Shown one piece after another: positions 1-9,758 of a DNA stretch of 64,000 nucleotides. This DNA is from Alphaproteobacteria bacterium. GTDB lineage: Bacteria; Pseudomonadota; Alphaproteobacteria; UBA828. The position numbers and the translations under genes were made by a program. The stretch covers positions 32,001-96,000 of the forward strand of contig CAXXMU010000002.1 in the NCBI GenBank assembly GCA_963667785.2. The letters run 5' to 3'. Under the pieces are notes generated by a model. It was not told the DNA's origin. It was given only the letters and a program-made list of their open reading frames with translations, and did no database searches. The first letter of the stretch is position 1; each line of letters opens with the position of its first letter.

Positions 1-482
1 CGCTCCATCCCTACCCCGCCATCACCATGTCGGTGTGCAACCTGCGGCCCGAGAGCCGCGGGAGCAGCCACGTGACCACCGCCGATCTCGATGCGCAGCC
101 CGAGATCAGGCCGAACTACCTGTCGGCCGCCCACGACCGCCGCATCGCGGTCCTCTCCGTCCACCAGGTGCGCAGGATCATGACGGCGCAGGCTCTGAAG
201 CCCTACGCGCCCGAGGAGCTGCTGCCCGGGCCCGAGGTCGAGTCCGACGAGGACCTGGTGAGGGAGGTGGGCAACATCGCGACCACGATCTTCCACCCGG
301 TGGGCACCTGCAGGATGGGGCAGGACGCGGACGCCGTGGTGGACGACGCGCTCAGGGTGCGCGGGCTCGGTGGGCTGCGCGTGGTGGACGCCTCGATCAT
401 GCCGCGCATCACCTCGGGCAACACGGCCTCGCCCGTCATCATGATCGCGGAGAAGGCCGCCGACCTGATCCGGGCCGGGTGA
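1..482 (+). CDS. GMC oxidoreductase (choline dehydrogenase-like), C-terminal part, truncated by window edge
   Basis: Motifs RPESRG, TIFHPVGTCRMG, LRVVDASIMP, GNT..PVIMIAEK. The frame is open to the left edge. Confidence 0.9.
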   Translation, partial: LHPYPAITMSVCNLRPESRGSSHVTTADLDAQPEIRPNYLSAAHDRRIAVLSVHQVRRIMTAQALKPYAPEELLPGPEVESDEDLVREVGNIATTIFHPVGTCRMGQDADAVVDDALRVRGLGGLRVVDASIMPRITSGNTASPVIMIAEKAADLIRAG

Positions 483-574
483 CGCAAGATACGCGGCCTT
501 GCGCGTTCTCGGGCGGCCGGGGACAATCGCCTGTGCCCGTGCGGCGATGAATCCACGACGACGACGACCGTCCC

Positions 575-1573
575 ATGAGCGACCAGTCCGACCTCTCCAA
601 GCCGCTGAAGACCTGGAGCCACCTCGCCGGCAAGCGGCGCAGGCCCAGCGAGTACGAGATCGTCTCGACCAACCTGCTCTGGAGCACGGACGATCCGATG
701 CCGTGGGCGCTCTCGCCCGACATCGACATGAACAAGTGGTACCTCCGGTACCGCAACAACTCGCCGCTCAGGCACGACGACTGGGACGCCTTCCGCGATC
801 CCGACGAGGTGGTCTACCGCTCCTACAACGTCATGCAGGACGGGAACGAGACCTATGTCGACGGCCTGCTGCGCGATCACGCGAAGAACGACCACGACGC
901 CGGCCTGGGTGCCGACTGGGTGGCGGCGCTGGCCAGGCTCTACACGCCCACGCGCTACCCCCTCCACTGCCTGCAGATGGGCTCCGCCTATCTGGTGCAG
1001 ATCGTGCCGTCGAGCACGATCGAGAACTGCGCCATGTTCCAGGCGGCCGACCAGCTCCGCTGGGTCTCGCGCGTCGCCTACCGCACGCGCGAGCTCGCCA
1101 ACGGCCACGGGGACGCCGGCTTCGTCAGCGGCGAGCGCGCGGCCTGGGAGGAGGACGCCTGCTGGCAGGGATTCCGCGAGCTGCTGGAGCGTGTGCTCGC
1201 GGCCTACGACTGGGCCGAGCACTTCACGGCGCTGAACGTCGTGGCCAAGCCCGCCTTCGACGAGGCGTGCATCCGCCAGCTCGGGCGATCGGCGCGACGC
1301 AATCGGGACACGCTGCTGGCCCAGATGCTCGATGCGCAGTGGTCCGACAGCGAGCGCTCCAGGCGCTGGAGCGCCGCGCTGGTCGAGTTCGCGCGCGAGA
1401 GCGGGGCAGAGGGCAACGCCGCCCTGATGGCGGACTGGGTCGCCAGGTGGGCGCCCCTCGGCGACGCTGCCATCGAGGCCTACTGCGCCGTGCTGCCCGA
1501 CAACCCGGACGCGGCCGACGAGGCGAAGGGAGCCGCCCGCGCCTTCCGCGCCTCGCTCGGATTCGCGGCCTGA
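575..1573 (+). CDS. tmoE: Soluble diiron (toluene/alkene) monooxygenase hydroxylase beta subunit, TmoE/TouE-like
   Basis: N-terminus KPLKTWSHLA..RRRPSEYEIVS, then W.LSPD..MN.WY..YRN.SPL.HDDWDAF.DPD.VVYRSYN.MQDG.E.YV, closely resembling toluene-4-monooxygenase subunit E. Confidence 0.85.
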   Translation: MSDQSDLSKPLKTWSHLAGKRRRPSEYEIVSTNLLWSTDDPMPWALSPDIDMNKWYLRYRNNSPLRHDDWDAFRDPDEVVYRSYNVMQDGNETYVDGLLRDHAKNDHDAGLGADWVAALARLYTPTRYPLHCLQMGSAYLVQIVPSSTIENCAMFQAADQLRWVSRVAYRTRELANGHGDAGFVSGERAAWEEDACWQGFRELLERVLAAYDWAEHFTALNVVAKPAFDEACIRQLGRSARRNRDTLLAQMLDAQWSDSERSRRWSAALVEFARESGAEGNAALMADWVARWAPLGDAAIEAYCAVLPDNPDAADEAKGAARAFRASLGFAA

Positions 1574-1610
1574 GGCGCGCCGGCGCCGGCAGCTCTTTCG
1601 GAGGGATGAC

Positions 1611-2810
1611 ATGCGCAAGGTGGTGATCGGCGGGACCGGCATGACCCGGTTCGGCAAGTTCCTGGAGACGAACCTGCGCGCGCTCGCCGCCGAGGCTGCG
1701 GCCGGCGCGCTGGCGGATGCGGACGCGACCGCCGACGAGGTCGGCATGGTCTTCTTCGGCAATGCCGCGGGCGGGCTGCTGGGGGCGCAGGAATGCGTGC
1801 GCGGGCAGGTCGCGCTGCGCCACGCGGGGCTCCTAGGCAAGCCGATCGTCAACGTCGAGAACGCCTGCGCCTCGTCCTCCACCGCCTTCCATCTGGCGGT
1901 GCTCGCGGTCGGCTCCGGGCAGTGCGACGTGGCACTCGCCGTGGGCGCCGAGAAGATGAGCAACGAGGACAGGAGCGTGCCGATCAAGGCGCTGGAGGCG
2001 GCGGCCGATCGCGACGAGTTCGAGGCGTTGAAGGCGCGGATCTCCCCCGGCGGCGCCGGCACGGGCTCGGTCTTCATGGACCTCTACTCGAGCCTCGCCA
2101 GGGACTATGCGGAGCGCACAGGCGCCACGGCCGCCGACTTCGCCCGGGTCTCGGTCAAGCAGCGCCGGGCCGGCGCGCTCAACGAGAAGGCCCAGTTCCA
2201 GGAGGAGGTCAGCATCGACGACGTGCTGGAAAGCCGCATGATCGCGGAGCCGCTGACGCTCATGATGTGCTCGTCCATCGGCGACGGCGCCGCCGCGCTG
2301 GTGCTGATGAGCGAGGAGGTCGCCGCGCGCAAGGCGGTCCACCCGGTGAGGGTGCTGGCGAGCGAGCTGCGCTCCGGCCAGGGCGACGACCCGGAGGCGC
2401 CGCCGGTGGCCGAGGCCGCCGCACGGGCCGCCTACGAGAGCGCCGGCCTCGGGCCGGAGGACTTGAGCGTCGCCGAGATCCACGATGCCGCGGCGCCGGC
2501 CGAGCTGATGCTCTCCGAGCAGCTCGGCTTCTGCCGTCCGGGCGATGCGGTGGGCCTGCTGCGGGACGGCGTGACCGCGTTGGGTGGGCGCATGCCGATC
2601 AACCCGAGCGGCGGCCTCATCAGCAAGGGGCACCCCATCGGCGCGACCGGGGCGGCCCAGCTCGTGGAGCTCGCCGACCAGATGCGCGGCCGCTCGGGCG
2701 CGCGCCAGCGCGACGGCGCTTCCGTGGGCCTCGCCGAGAACGCCGGCGGCTGGATCGGCGCGGATGCGGCCGCCGCCTGCGTCACCATCCTCGGCTCCGC
2801 CCGGCACTGA
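1611..2810 (+). CDS. Thiolase family protein (SCP2/lipid-transfer type)
   Basis: GMTRFGK, VENACASSS, EIHDA, INPSGGLISKGHPIGATG. GGAGGG RBS upstream. Confidence 0.9.
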   Translation: MRKVVIGGTGMTRFGKFLETNLRALAAEAAAGALADADATADEVGMVFFGNAAGGLLGAQECVRGQVALRHAGLLGKPIVNVENACASSSTAFHLAVLAVGSGQCDVALAVGAEKMSNEDRSVPIKALEAAADRDEFEALKARISPGGAGTGSVFMDLYSSLARDYAERTGATAADFARVSVKQRRAGALNEKAQFQEEVSIDDVLESRMIAEPLTLMMCSSIGDGAAALVLMSEEVAARKAVHPVRVLASELRSGQGDDPEAPPVAEAAARAAYESAGLGPEDLSVAEIHDAAAPAELMLSEQLGFCRPGDAVGLLRDGVTALGGRMPINPSGGLISKGHPIGATGAAQLVELADQMRGRSGARQRDGASVGLAENAGGWIGADAAAACVTILGSARH

Positions 2811-2922
2811 GCGGCTGGAAGGAACCGGGCGGCAAGCCCGGACGGCGCGACTGCGCCGCGCGGAAACGCGCGCATGAGCGCGCGATGCGCCTGAGGGATA
2901 AGCAAAGAGCAAGGAGGGAGGC

Positions 2923-3705
2923 ATGAGCGAGAGCGCCGTGCTGGTCGAGACCGCGGGTAGCGCGGGGGTCATCACCATCAACCGGCCGGAGCGGCTGAAC
3001 GCGCTCGACCTCCCCACCTGCGCCGCCCTCGACGACGCCGTGAGCCAGGTGGAGGCCGACGAGGCGGTGCGGGTGGTGGTGCTCACCGGCGCGGGCCGCG
3101 CCTTCGTGGCCGGCGGCGATATCGCCGATCTCGATTCGCGCCGGGGCCTCGCCCACTACGAAGAGTTCGCCGAGCGGATTCACCGGCTGTTCCGCCGCAT
3201 CGAGACCCTGGGCAAGCCCACCATCGCGGCCGTCAACGGCTTCGCCCTGGGCGGGGGTGCGGAGCTGATGCTCTCTACCGACATCAGGCTGCTCGCGGCG
3301 ACCGCGAAGATCGGCGTGCCCGAGATCAACCTCGGCCTCTTTCCCGGCGCCGGCGGCAGCCAGCGCCTGATCCGCCAGATTCCCCTCTGCCGCGCCAAGG
3401 AGCTGATGTTCACCGGCGCGCCCATCGGCGCCGACGAGGCGGTGGCGCTCGGGCTCGCCAATCGCGTCGTCGCGCCCGAGAGCCTGATGGACGACGCGCT
3501 GGCGCTCGCCGAGGCGATCGCCGAGAAGTCGCCGCTGGTGCTGCGCCTGCTCAAGCGCACCATCGACGCCGGCGCCGACATGCCGCTCGAGGCGGCGCTC
3601 GCCCACGAGCAGGCCATGATCTCGCTGGTGCTCGACAGCGAGGACGCGCACGAGGGCTGCCGCGCCTTCCTGGAGAAGCGCAAGGCGAGCTTCAGGGGCG
3701 CCTGA
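2923..3705 (+). CDS. Enoyl-CoA hydratase/isomerase
   Basis: INRPERLNAL, AFVAGGDI, VNGFALGGGAEL and PEINLG with both catalytic Glu. Strong RBS. Confidence 0.92.
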   Translation: MSESAVLVETAGSAGVITINRPERLNALDLPTCAALDDAVSQVEADEAVRVVVLTGAGRAFVAGGDIADLDSRRGLAHYEEFAERIHRLFRRIETLGKPTIAAVNGFALGGGAELMLSTDIRLLAATAKIGVPEINLGLFPGAGGSQRLIRQIPLCRAKELMFTGAPIGADEAVALGLANRVVAPESLMDDALALAEAIAEKSPLVLRLLKRTIDAGADMPLEAALAHEQAMISLVLDSEDAHEGCRAFLEKRKASFRGA

Positions 3706-3708
3706 GCC

Positions 3709-4881
3709 GTGGAGGTCCGGCTCAGCGAAGAGCAGGCGCTGATGCTCGAGACCGCGCGTCGCGTCGGCGCCGACTTCGGGCTCGACTACTGGCGCGATCT
3801 GGACGAGCGGGGCGCCTACCCCGGCGAGATGTGGCAGGCGATCTGCGACGCCGGCTTCGGCGGCATCGCGCTGCCGGAGGAGCACGGCGGCGCCGGGCTC
3901 GGCATGCTCGACCTGGCGCTGGTGATCGAGGCGCTGTGCGAGGCGGGCGCGGGCGCGACGCTCGCCCAGATTTTCATGGTGAACCCCATCTTCGGCGGCG
4001 TCGCCATCGCCCGCTACGGCTCGGAGGCCATGCGCCGCGCCCTGCTGCCGCCGCTGATCGCCGGCGACATCCAGTGCTGCATGGCGCTCACCGAGCCCGA
4101 TGCCGGCACGAATTCTCTGGAACTCCGCACCTTCGCCGAGGCTCACGGCAACGGCTGGCGGCTCAACGGCCGCAAGATCTGGATCTCGGCGGTGCCGACG
4201 GCGGACAAGATGCTGGTCGTCGCCCGCAGCAGGAAGGTCGAGGACTCCGCGCGCCGCACCGACGGCATCTCGCTCTTCCTCATCGACGTCGAGCGCGAGG
4301 GGCTGACCCATTCCACCATCGAGAAGGCCGGCACCCACTGCGTGCCGGCGAGCAACGTCTACTTCGAGAACACGCCGGTCGCGGGCGACGAGCTGATCGG
4401 CACGCTGCACGGCGGCTGGCGGGAGCTGCTGGACGTGCTCAACACCGAGCGCATCGTCACCACCGCCGGCCTCGTCGGCGCGGTGCGGCTCGCGCTGCGG
4501 CTCGCGGTCGACTACGCCAACGAGCGCCGCGTCTTCGGCGAGCGGCCGATCTCGTCGTACCAGGGCCTCCAGTTTCCGCTGGCGCAGGCCAAGGCGGAGA
4601 TCGAGTGCGCCGCGGCCATGAACCTACGGGCCGCCGCGCTCCACGACGCCGGCGAGCCCTACGGCTCGGAGGCCAACATGGCGAAGCTCATCGCCGCCCA
4701 GGCCGCGGCCGAGGGCCTCGAGCGCGCCATGCAGACCATGGGCGGCATGGGCTACGCGAAGGAGATGCACCTCGAGCGCCTCTGGCGGGACGCGCGCCTC
4801 TTCCGCTTCGCGCCGATCTCGGAGGAGATGATCCTCAACTACATCGCCGTGCACGATCTCGGCATGGCGCGGGGGTACTAA
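3709..4881 (+). CDS. Acyl-CoA dehydrogenase
   Basis: ALTEPDAGTN, LNGRKIWIS, R.VFG..I..YQG, MQTMGGMGY, LERLWRDAR. GTG start. Confidence 0.92.
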   Translation: MEVRLSEEQALMLETARRVGADFGLDYWRDLDERGAYPGEMWQAICDAGFGGIALPEEHGGAGLGMLDLALVIEALCEAGAGATLAQIFMVNPIFGGVAIARYGSEAMRRALLPPLIAGDIQCCMALTEPDAGTNSLELRTFAEAHGNGWRLNGRKIWISAVPTADKMLVVARSRKVEDSARRTDGISLFLIDVEREGLTHSTIEKAGTHCVPASNVYFENTPVAGDELIGTLHGGWRELLDVLNTERIVTTAGLVGAVRLALRLAVDYANERRVFGERPISSYQGLQFPLAQAKAEIECAAAMNLRAAALHDAGEPYGSEANMAKLIAAQAAAEGLERAMQTMGGMGYAKEMHLERLWRDARLFRFAPISEEMILNYIAVHDLGMARGY

Positions 4882-4982
4882 GCGGGATAGGAGCGGCGGC
4901 GCGGCGCCGCGGCTGCGCCCTACCGATACTTGGCGAGAAAGGCGCCGCCGTCCGGGCGGTCAATTTGCAGAGCCCTCCCGTG

Positions 4983-5281
4983 CCAGCCCGGATTTCTCGC
5001 CACTGTCACGGCCTGCGTCGCGCCCAGGCGTTCGCTTCACAAGGAGCGAGCCGAAAAGCGTAGCGGGGACTACGGTTGAGGCTCGCGACGCGGTGGGCGG
5101 GCGCCTGGGCGTGACCCAAAGGGCGACGCCCCCCGCCCGACAGGGTGCGTCAAGACGCTTGCCCGATGCCCCACGTCGCGCCGAAGGCGCGCGTACCCGC
5201 GCTACGCGCTGCGCGCCTTTCCTACCCTGTCGGGCGGGGGACGCCGCGCAGACCATGACAGTGGCGAGAATTCCGGGCTAG
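4983..5281. mobile_element. MITE-like ~300-bp element with ~35-bp terminal inverted repeats and nested internal inverted repeats
   Basis: Left CCAGCCCGGATTTCTCGCCACTGTCACGGCCTGCG matches the reverse complement of the right end, CTAGCCCGGAATTCTCGCCACTGTCATGGTCTGCG, at 31/35. Internal perfect 17-bp IR at 5130-5146 / 5224-5240. Confidence 0.7.
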
Positions 5282-5331
5282 TCTCCCGCGCCCGGCGCGG
5301 GCAGGGAGCGCAAACCGAGGACGGGGCGGAG

Positions 5332-6531
5332 ATGACGCAGCGGGGGAGCGGGCGGCTGGGCGCCGCCGACGTCGTGGTGGTCGGCGCGGGCATCATGGGG
5401 GCGAGCATCGCCTATCAGCTCGCCCGAAAATCCGACCGCAGGGTCGTGGTGATCGACGAGCGGCCGCCCGTCGGCGGCATGTCGGGGCGCACCTTCGGCC
5501 AGATCCGCCAGCACTACTCCAACGCGCTGATGGTCGAGATGGCGATCCGGGGCTTCGAGGTGCTGAACGACTGGGAGGCGGAGGTCGGCGTCGGCGATCC
5601 CGGCTACGTGAAGCTCGGCTACCTGCTGCTGGTGGTCGAGGCGCAGGTGGAGGCCTGCAAGCGCAACGTCGACCTCGGCCGCCAGCTCGGCGTCGACACG
5701 CGCTTCGCCAGCCCCGACGAGATCAAGGCCATCGAGCCCGCGCTCGTCACCGACGACCTCGCCGGCGGCGCCTGGGAGCCGAACGGCGGCTACATCGACG
5801 TGACGCGCATGGTGCTGAGCTGGCTGGGCGCAGCACAGGCGGCGGGCGCCGTGCTCCATTCCGGGCTCCGGGTGGAGGGGATCGCCACGAAGGACGGCCG
5901 GGTCGCCGGCGTCGATACCGCCGCGGGCCGCATCGAGGCGCCGGTGGTGGTGGCCGCCGCCGGCGCCTGGACCGGCGACCTGCTCGGCCCGCTCGGGATC
6001 GAGGCGCCGATCGAGGGGCGCCGCCTCGACATGGCCTATCTCGAGCAGCCGCCGGGCCGGCCCACGATCCGCACCTGCATCACCGACGGCAACTCCAACG
6101 TCGTGATGCGGCCCGACATGGGGCCCTACCTGCTGGCCGTCGCCTATCCCAACGAGATGCCCGAGGTGGCCGACCCCGCCGCGCCCGCGCCGGCGGAAGA
6201 CGAGGCGCTGCACCGGACCCGCCTCGACAGGGCGCTCGCCGAGCGGCTGCCGGACTTCGTCGATGCCAAGGTCGTGCGCACGGTCTCGGGCGCCTACGAC
6301 ATCACGCCCGACTTCCATCCCATCCTCGGCTGGGCGCCGGGGCTGGAGGGGCTCTATCTCGCCGCCGGCTTCTCCGGCCACGGGCTGAAGCTCTCGCCGG
6401 CGGTCGGCGAATGCGTCGCCGCCGCGGTGCTGGAGGCCGAGCCGCCCTTCGACATCCGCCCGCTCAGGCCCACGCGCTTCGCCGAGGGCGAGCCCATGTA
6501 CCTCGCCTACGGGCCGTCGGCGCGCGCCTGA
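5332..6531 (+). CDS. FAD-dependent oxidoreductase (sarcosine oxidase beta / DAO family)
   Basis: VVVGAGIMG Rossmann motif, YDITPDFHPILG, GFSGHGLKLSPAVG. Confidence 0.9.
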   Translation: MTQRGSGRLGAADVVVVGAGIMGASIAYQLARKSDRRVVVIDERPPVGGMSGRTFGQIRQHYSNALMVEMAIRGFEVLNDWEAEVGVGDPGYVKLGYLLLVVEAQVEACKRNVDLGRQLGVDTRFASPDEIKAIEPALVTDDLAGGAWEPNGGYIDVTRMVLSWLGAAQAAGAVLHSGLRVEGIATKDGRVAGVDTAAGRIEAPVVVAAAGAWTGDLLGPLGIEAPIEGRRLDMAYLEQPPGRPTIRTCITDGNSNVVMRPDMGPYLLAVAYPNEMPEVADPAAPAPAEDEALHRTRLDRALAERLPDFVDAKVVRTVSGAYDITPDFHPILGWAPGLEGLYLAAGFSGHGLKLSPAVGECVAAAVLEAEPPFDIRPLRPTRFAEGEPMYLAYGPSARA

Positions 6532-6570
6532 GCGCGCCGGGTCATCGGCCGGGAAGGGGGGAGGCGGTGC

Positions 6571-6943
6571 CTACGGGTCGCGGCTGAGCCCGCGCTCCTC
6601 CAGCGCGTCGAGGTAGGTGCGCCAGATGGTGTCGCGGTTCTCCGCCAGGTGGCGAAGATAGGTCCAGGTATAGATGCCGGTGGTGTGCAGGTCGTCGAAG
6701 TGCAGGCGCACCGCGTAGTTGCCCACGGGCTCGATGAGGGTGATGCCGACATGACGTCGGCCGGGAACGATGGTCTTGCCCTCGCCGTGGCCTCTCACCT
6801 CGGCGGACGGGCTCTCGACCCTGCAGCAGCTCGGCCGGGAGGCTGCACTTGAGGTCGTCGTCGAAATCGATCTCGAGGGTCTTCTCCGCGCTCAGGTAGC
6901 GGAGCTCGACCGGCCAGGCGCCGGTCTCGAACGGCGCGCTCAC
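6571..6943 (-). pseudogene. DUF971 / GBBH-like N-terminal domain protein with a +1 frameshift near 6824 (possible sequencing error)
   Basis: WPVELR..LEIDFDD..SLPAELL continues in another frame as RVESPSAEVRGHG..PVGNYAVRLHFDDLHTTGIYTW. There is one extra base in GAGCTGCTG-C-AGGGTC. The GTG start overlaps the Trm112 stop. Confidence 0.8.
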
Positions 6944-7140
6944 CGGGTCTCGTCCTCCTCCAGCGCCCGCGCCTCGTCGGGCAGCATGATGGGGATGCCG
7001 TCGCGGATGGGGAAGGCGAGCCGCGCCCGGTCGCTGATCAGCTCCTGCCGCTCGGCATCGTAGCGGAGCGATTCCTTGGTGATCGGGCAGACGAGGATCT
7101 CCAGCAGCTTGCGGTCGACCGTGGCCGGCTCGTCCGTCAT
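6940..7140 (-). CDS. Trm112 / UPF0434 (YcaR-like) family protein
   Basis: [17 protein letters not shown]...[27 protein letters not shown]. Confidence 0.9.
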   Translation of the reverse strand: MTDEPATVDRKLLEILVCPITKESLRYDAERQELISDRARLAFPIRDGIPIMLPDEARALEEDETR

Positions 7141-7154
7141 CGGCGCGCCCTCCC

Positions 7155-7820
7155 TCACTGCATCCGCTGCTGCGGCCCGGCCGGATCGTGAGCCGCCATC
7201 TCGAACAGCGCCTGCATCATGGCCACCCGCTCGCCCTCGCCCTCGCATTCGAGCAGCGCCTGCTTCTCGCTCGGCTCGAAGGGGCAGGCCATGGCGAGGC
7301 AGACGGCGAGCGCGTCGTCGTCGGCCCGTTCGATCGCGTCCCAGTCGGCGGTGAGGTTCTGGCGCTCGAAATAGGACCTGAGCGCGGGCAGCAGGCGCTC
7401 GCGGTCGATGGCGAGCGGCGGCGGCTCCGGCAGGTCGCCGGCGAAACGGCCGTAGTCGGCGTAGACGCGCCGGTAGAGCAGGCCGTCCATCTCCAGCTCG
7501 CGCGCGATGGCGAAGCGGCAGACGCCCGTGAGCGTGATCAGGAAGCGGTTGTCCGGCGTCTCGGAGTAGGACGTGATGCGGCCGACGCAGCCGACGGGAT
7601 AGACCTCGGGTGCATCGAGCCTGGCCTCGGGATCGGCCGGCTGGATCATGCCGATCATCCGGTGCGAAGCCATCGCGTCCTGGGTCATCTGCAGGTAACG
7701 GGGCTCGAAGATGTTGAGCGGCAGCCGCCCGCGCGGCAGCAGCATCACGCCGGGCAGCGGGAAGATCGGGATGACGCGCGGCAGATCGTCGATGCCGTTC
7801 GTCTCGTCGCCGGCGCTCAC
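7155..7820 (-). CDS. LON peptidase substrate-binding domain protein
   Basis: [41 protein letters not shown] start at 7820 with GAGGG RBS. Confidence 0.9.
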   Translation of the reverse strand: MSAGDETNGIDDLPRVIPIFPLPGVMLLPRGRLPLNIFEPRYLQMTQDAMASHRMIGMIQPADPEARLDAPEVYPVGCVGRITSYSETPDNRFLITLTGVCRFAIARELEMDGLLYRRVYADYGRFAGDLPEPPPLAIDRERLLPALRSYFERQNLTADWDAIERADDDALAVCLAMACPFEPSEKQALLECEGEGERVAMMQALFEMAAHDPAGPQQRMQ

Positions 7821-7828
7821 GGCGTCCC

Positions 7829-8733
7829 TCAGGAGAACAGGATCGAGGAGAGCTTGCGGCGCCCCGCGACGGTGAGCGGGTCGGCGTGGCCGAGCGCCTC
7901 GAACAGCGTGACCAGCTGCTGCCGTGCGGCCTGCTCGTTCCACTCCCGGTCGCGGCGGACGATCTCGATGAGCTCGTCGATGGCCTGCTCGCCCCGCCCG
8001 GCAGCGTGATGGGCCATGGCGAGGTCGAAGCGGGCCTGGTGATCGTCCGGGTCCGCAGCGAGCCGGGCCTGAAGCGCGGCCGTATCGCCATCGGTTTCGC
8101 CTGCCTGCTCGGCAAGCGAGAGCGCCGATATCGCACCTTCGACCTCGGCATCCTTGAGGGCTTCTGCGTCCAGCCCGTCCACCAGCTCGCGCGCCTCGGC
8201 GAGGTCGCCGGCGGCGACGAGGCAGCGCACCAGGCCTGCGATCGCCGCCGTCTCGCCCGGCACCTGGCGCAGGATCTGGCTGTAGATGTTCGACGCGCTG
8301 GCGTGGTCACCCGCCTCCAGCGCCTCTTCGCCTGCTCCAGCGCCTGCTCGAGCGGCGAGGGGCCCATCGGGCCGACCAGCCGCTCCACGAAGCGCTTGAT
8401 CTGGCTCTCGGGCTGGGCGCCCATGAAGCCATCGACCGGCTGGCCCCGATCGAAGGCGAAGACCGCCGGAATCGACTGGATGCGGAGCTGCTGGGCGATC
8501 TCCGGGTTCTCGTCGATGTTGATCTTCACCAGCGCGACCTTGCCGCCGGCATCGCGCACCGTCCTCTCCAGGATCGGCGCGAGCTGCTTGCAGGGGCCGC
8601 ACCAGGGTGCCCAGAAATCGACGATCACCGGGGTCTGGTGCGACGCTTCGATCACGTCGGCGGCGAAGCTCTGGGTGGTCGCGTCCTTCGGCCCTGCCGC
8701 GCCGCCGGCCGCCTGGCCGATGAGGGGATCCAT
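7829..8733 (-). pseudogene. cnoX: Thioredoxin-TPR co-chaperone CnoX/YbbN with a -1 frameshift near 8328 (possible sequencing error)
   Basis: [14 protein letters not shown] thioredoxin domain in one frame. The TPR half ([43 protein letters not shown]) is in another frame, switching at GCGAAGAGGCG. Confidence 0.85.
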
Positions 8734-8776
8734 GCCCGATTGCTCCCGGCTGGAGAGGGTGCCGTGCAGGGGCCCT

Positions 8777-8805
8777 ACATGGCAGCTTGCGCCGGGCCTT
8801 GCAAG
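8777..8805 (-). promoter_or_regulatory. Candidate RpoH (sigma32) promoter for the cnoX operon
   Basis: Minus-strand CTTGCA-N16-GCCATGT resembles the alphaproteobacterial RpoH consensus CTTGAA-N16-CCTATAT, and cnoX/ybbN is a heat-shock gene. Confidence 0.35.
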
Positions 8806-8895
8806 CCTGCCCCGGGCCTGCGCGCGACGCGGGCCGGCGGAGAGGAGAGGGGCGCGCCGCGGCCCGGTGAGCCGTTCGGCGCGCCCCTGCGGACG

Positions 8896-9393
8896 CTACT
8901 TGATCATGGAAAAGATAATGGCGGGCACCAGCGGCTCGCCGGCCGGCTGGATCGCTTCGATGCAAATGTTGGCGTCCGGATTGCTGGCGGACATCATCAC
9001 TTCCAGCACGTCGCCCGCAGCCATCGGGACGATGCCCTGCGAGATGATGACGTCCTTGGCCAGGCTGCCCTCGTCCTGGCAGAGCTGCACGTTGGAGTTG
9101 GCGACGTCCGCGCCGTTGATGCGCAGCCAGAGGTCGAAGCACCCGTAGGGCCCCGATCCCTCGCGGCCCACCTGGGGCGCGGCGACGATCAGATAGGGCC
9201 CGGCTTCGCCCACGGTGACCTGGTTGTTCGCCATGGCGACGCCCTCGGCCGCATCGATGATGTCCATCGCCACCACCTCGGGCGCGGTGCCCGGGCACTG
9301 GGTCACGGAAGAGGACGCCTGCAGAAATTGTCCGGCGTTCGCGACACCTGCCGAGGCGACGAGAACGACCAGCGTCAAGACGAGCTTTCTCAT
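8896..9393 (-). CDS. Secreted hypothetical protein, probable C1q/TNF-like beta-sandwich
   Basis: Signal peptide MRKLVLTLVVLVASAGVANA. Beta-rich pattern VTV..AGPYLI, LWLRING, GDVLEV. Four Cys. Confidence 0.6.
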   Translation of the reverse strand: MRKLVLTLVVLVASAGVANAGQFLQASSSVTQCPGTAPEVVAMDIIDAAEGVAMANNQVTVGEAGPYLIVAAPQVGREGSGPYGCFDLWLRINGADVANSNVQLCQDEGSLAKDVIISQGIVPMAAGDVLEVMMSASNPDANICIEAIQPAGEPLVPAIIFSMIK

Positions 9394-9570
9394 GGCTTGG
9401 ATCCTCACTGCTTCCTCGTGACTTCATTCCTCCCTGATTGGCTCGGCCGCTCCCTGCCGGCCGGCGGCAGTCAGTGTAGGGGGCGCGGGCGGCTCCGACA
9501 AACGGGAGCATGCGCGCTCCAGGGCCGTCGCCTGACCGGTGCTCGCGGCGGTGCTCGCGGCGAATTGCCG

Positions 9571-9599
9571 TTGACAGCCCCAGGGTTCCATCACACGAT
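9571..9599 (+). promoter_or_regulatory. Candidate sigma70 promoter of the pot operon
   Basis: TTGACA-N17-CACGAT, preceded by a tandem 12-bp repeat (GGTGCTCGCGGC x2, 9538-9561). Confidence 0.5.
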
Positions 9600-9758
9600 C
9601 ATTCGGCCATCGCGAACTCAGTGGCCGAACAGGGAGAGTATGAAGGCTGGACTGCCGTAGAATGTCGGGGAGTTACGGCTGCAATAGAACTGTTTGTTGC
9701 CGGAAATCCGCCGTCGGCATCGCCGGAATTCACGCTCTCCATAGCAGGAGAAGAAGGG

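Noticed and set aside
6940-8733. 597-aa ORF appearing to fuse thioredoxin to Trm112
   Set aside because: It is an artefact of the cnoX frameshift reading through a stop-free GC-rich frame. Trm112 has its own ATG and RBS.
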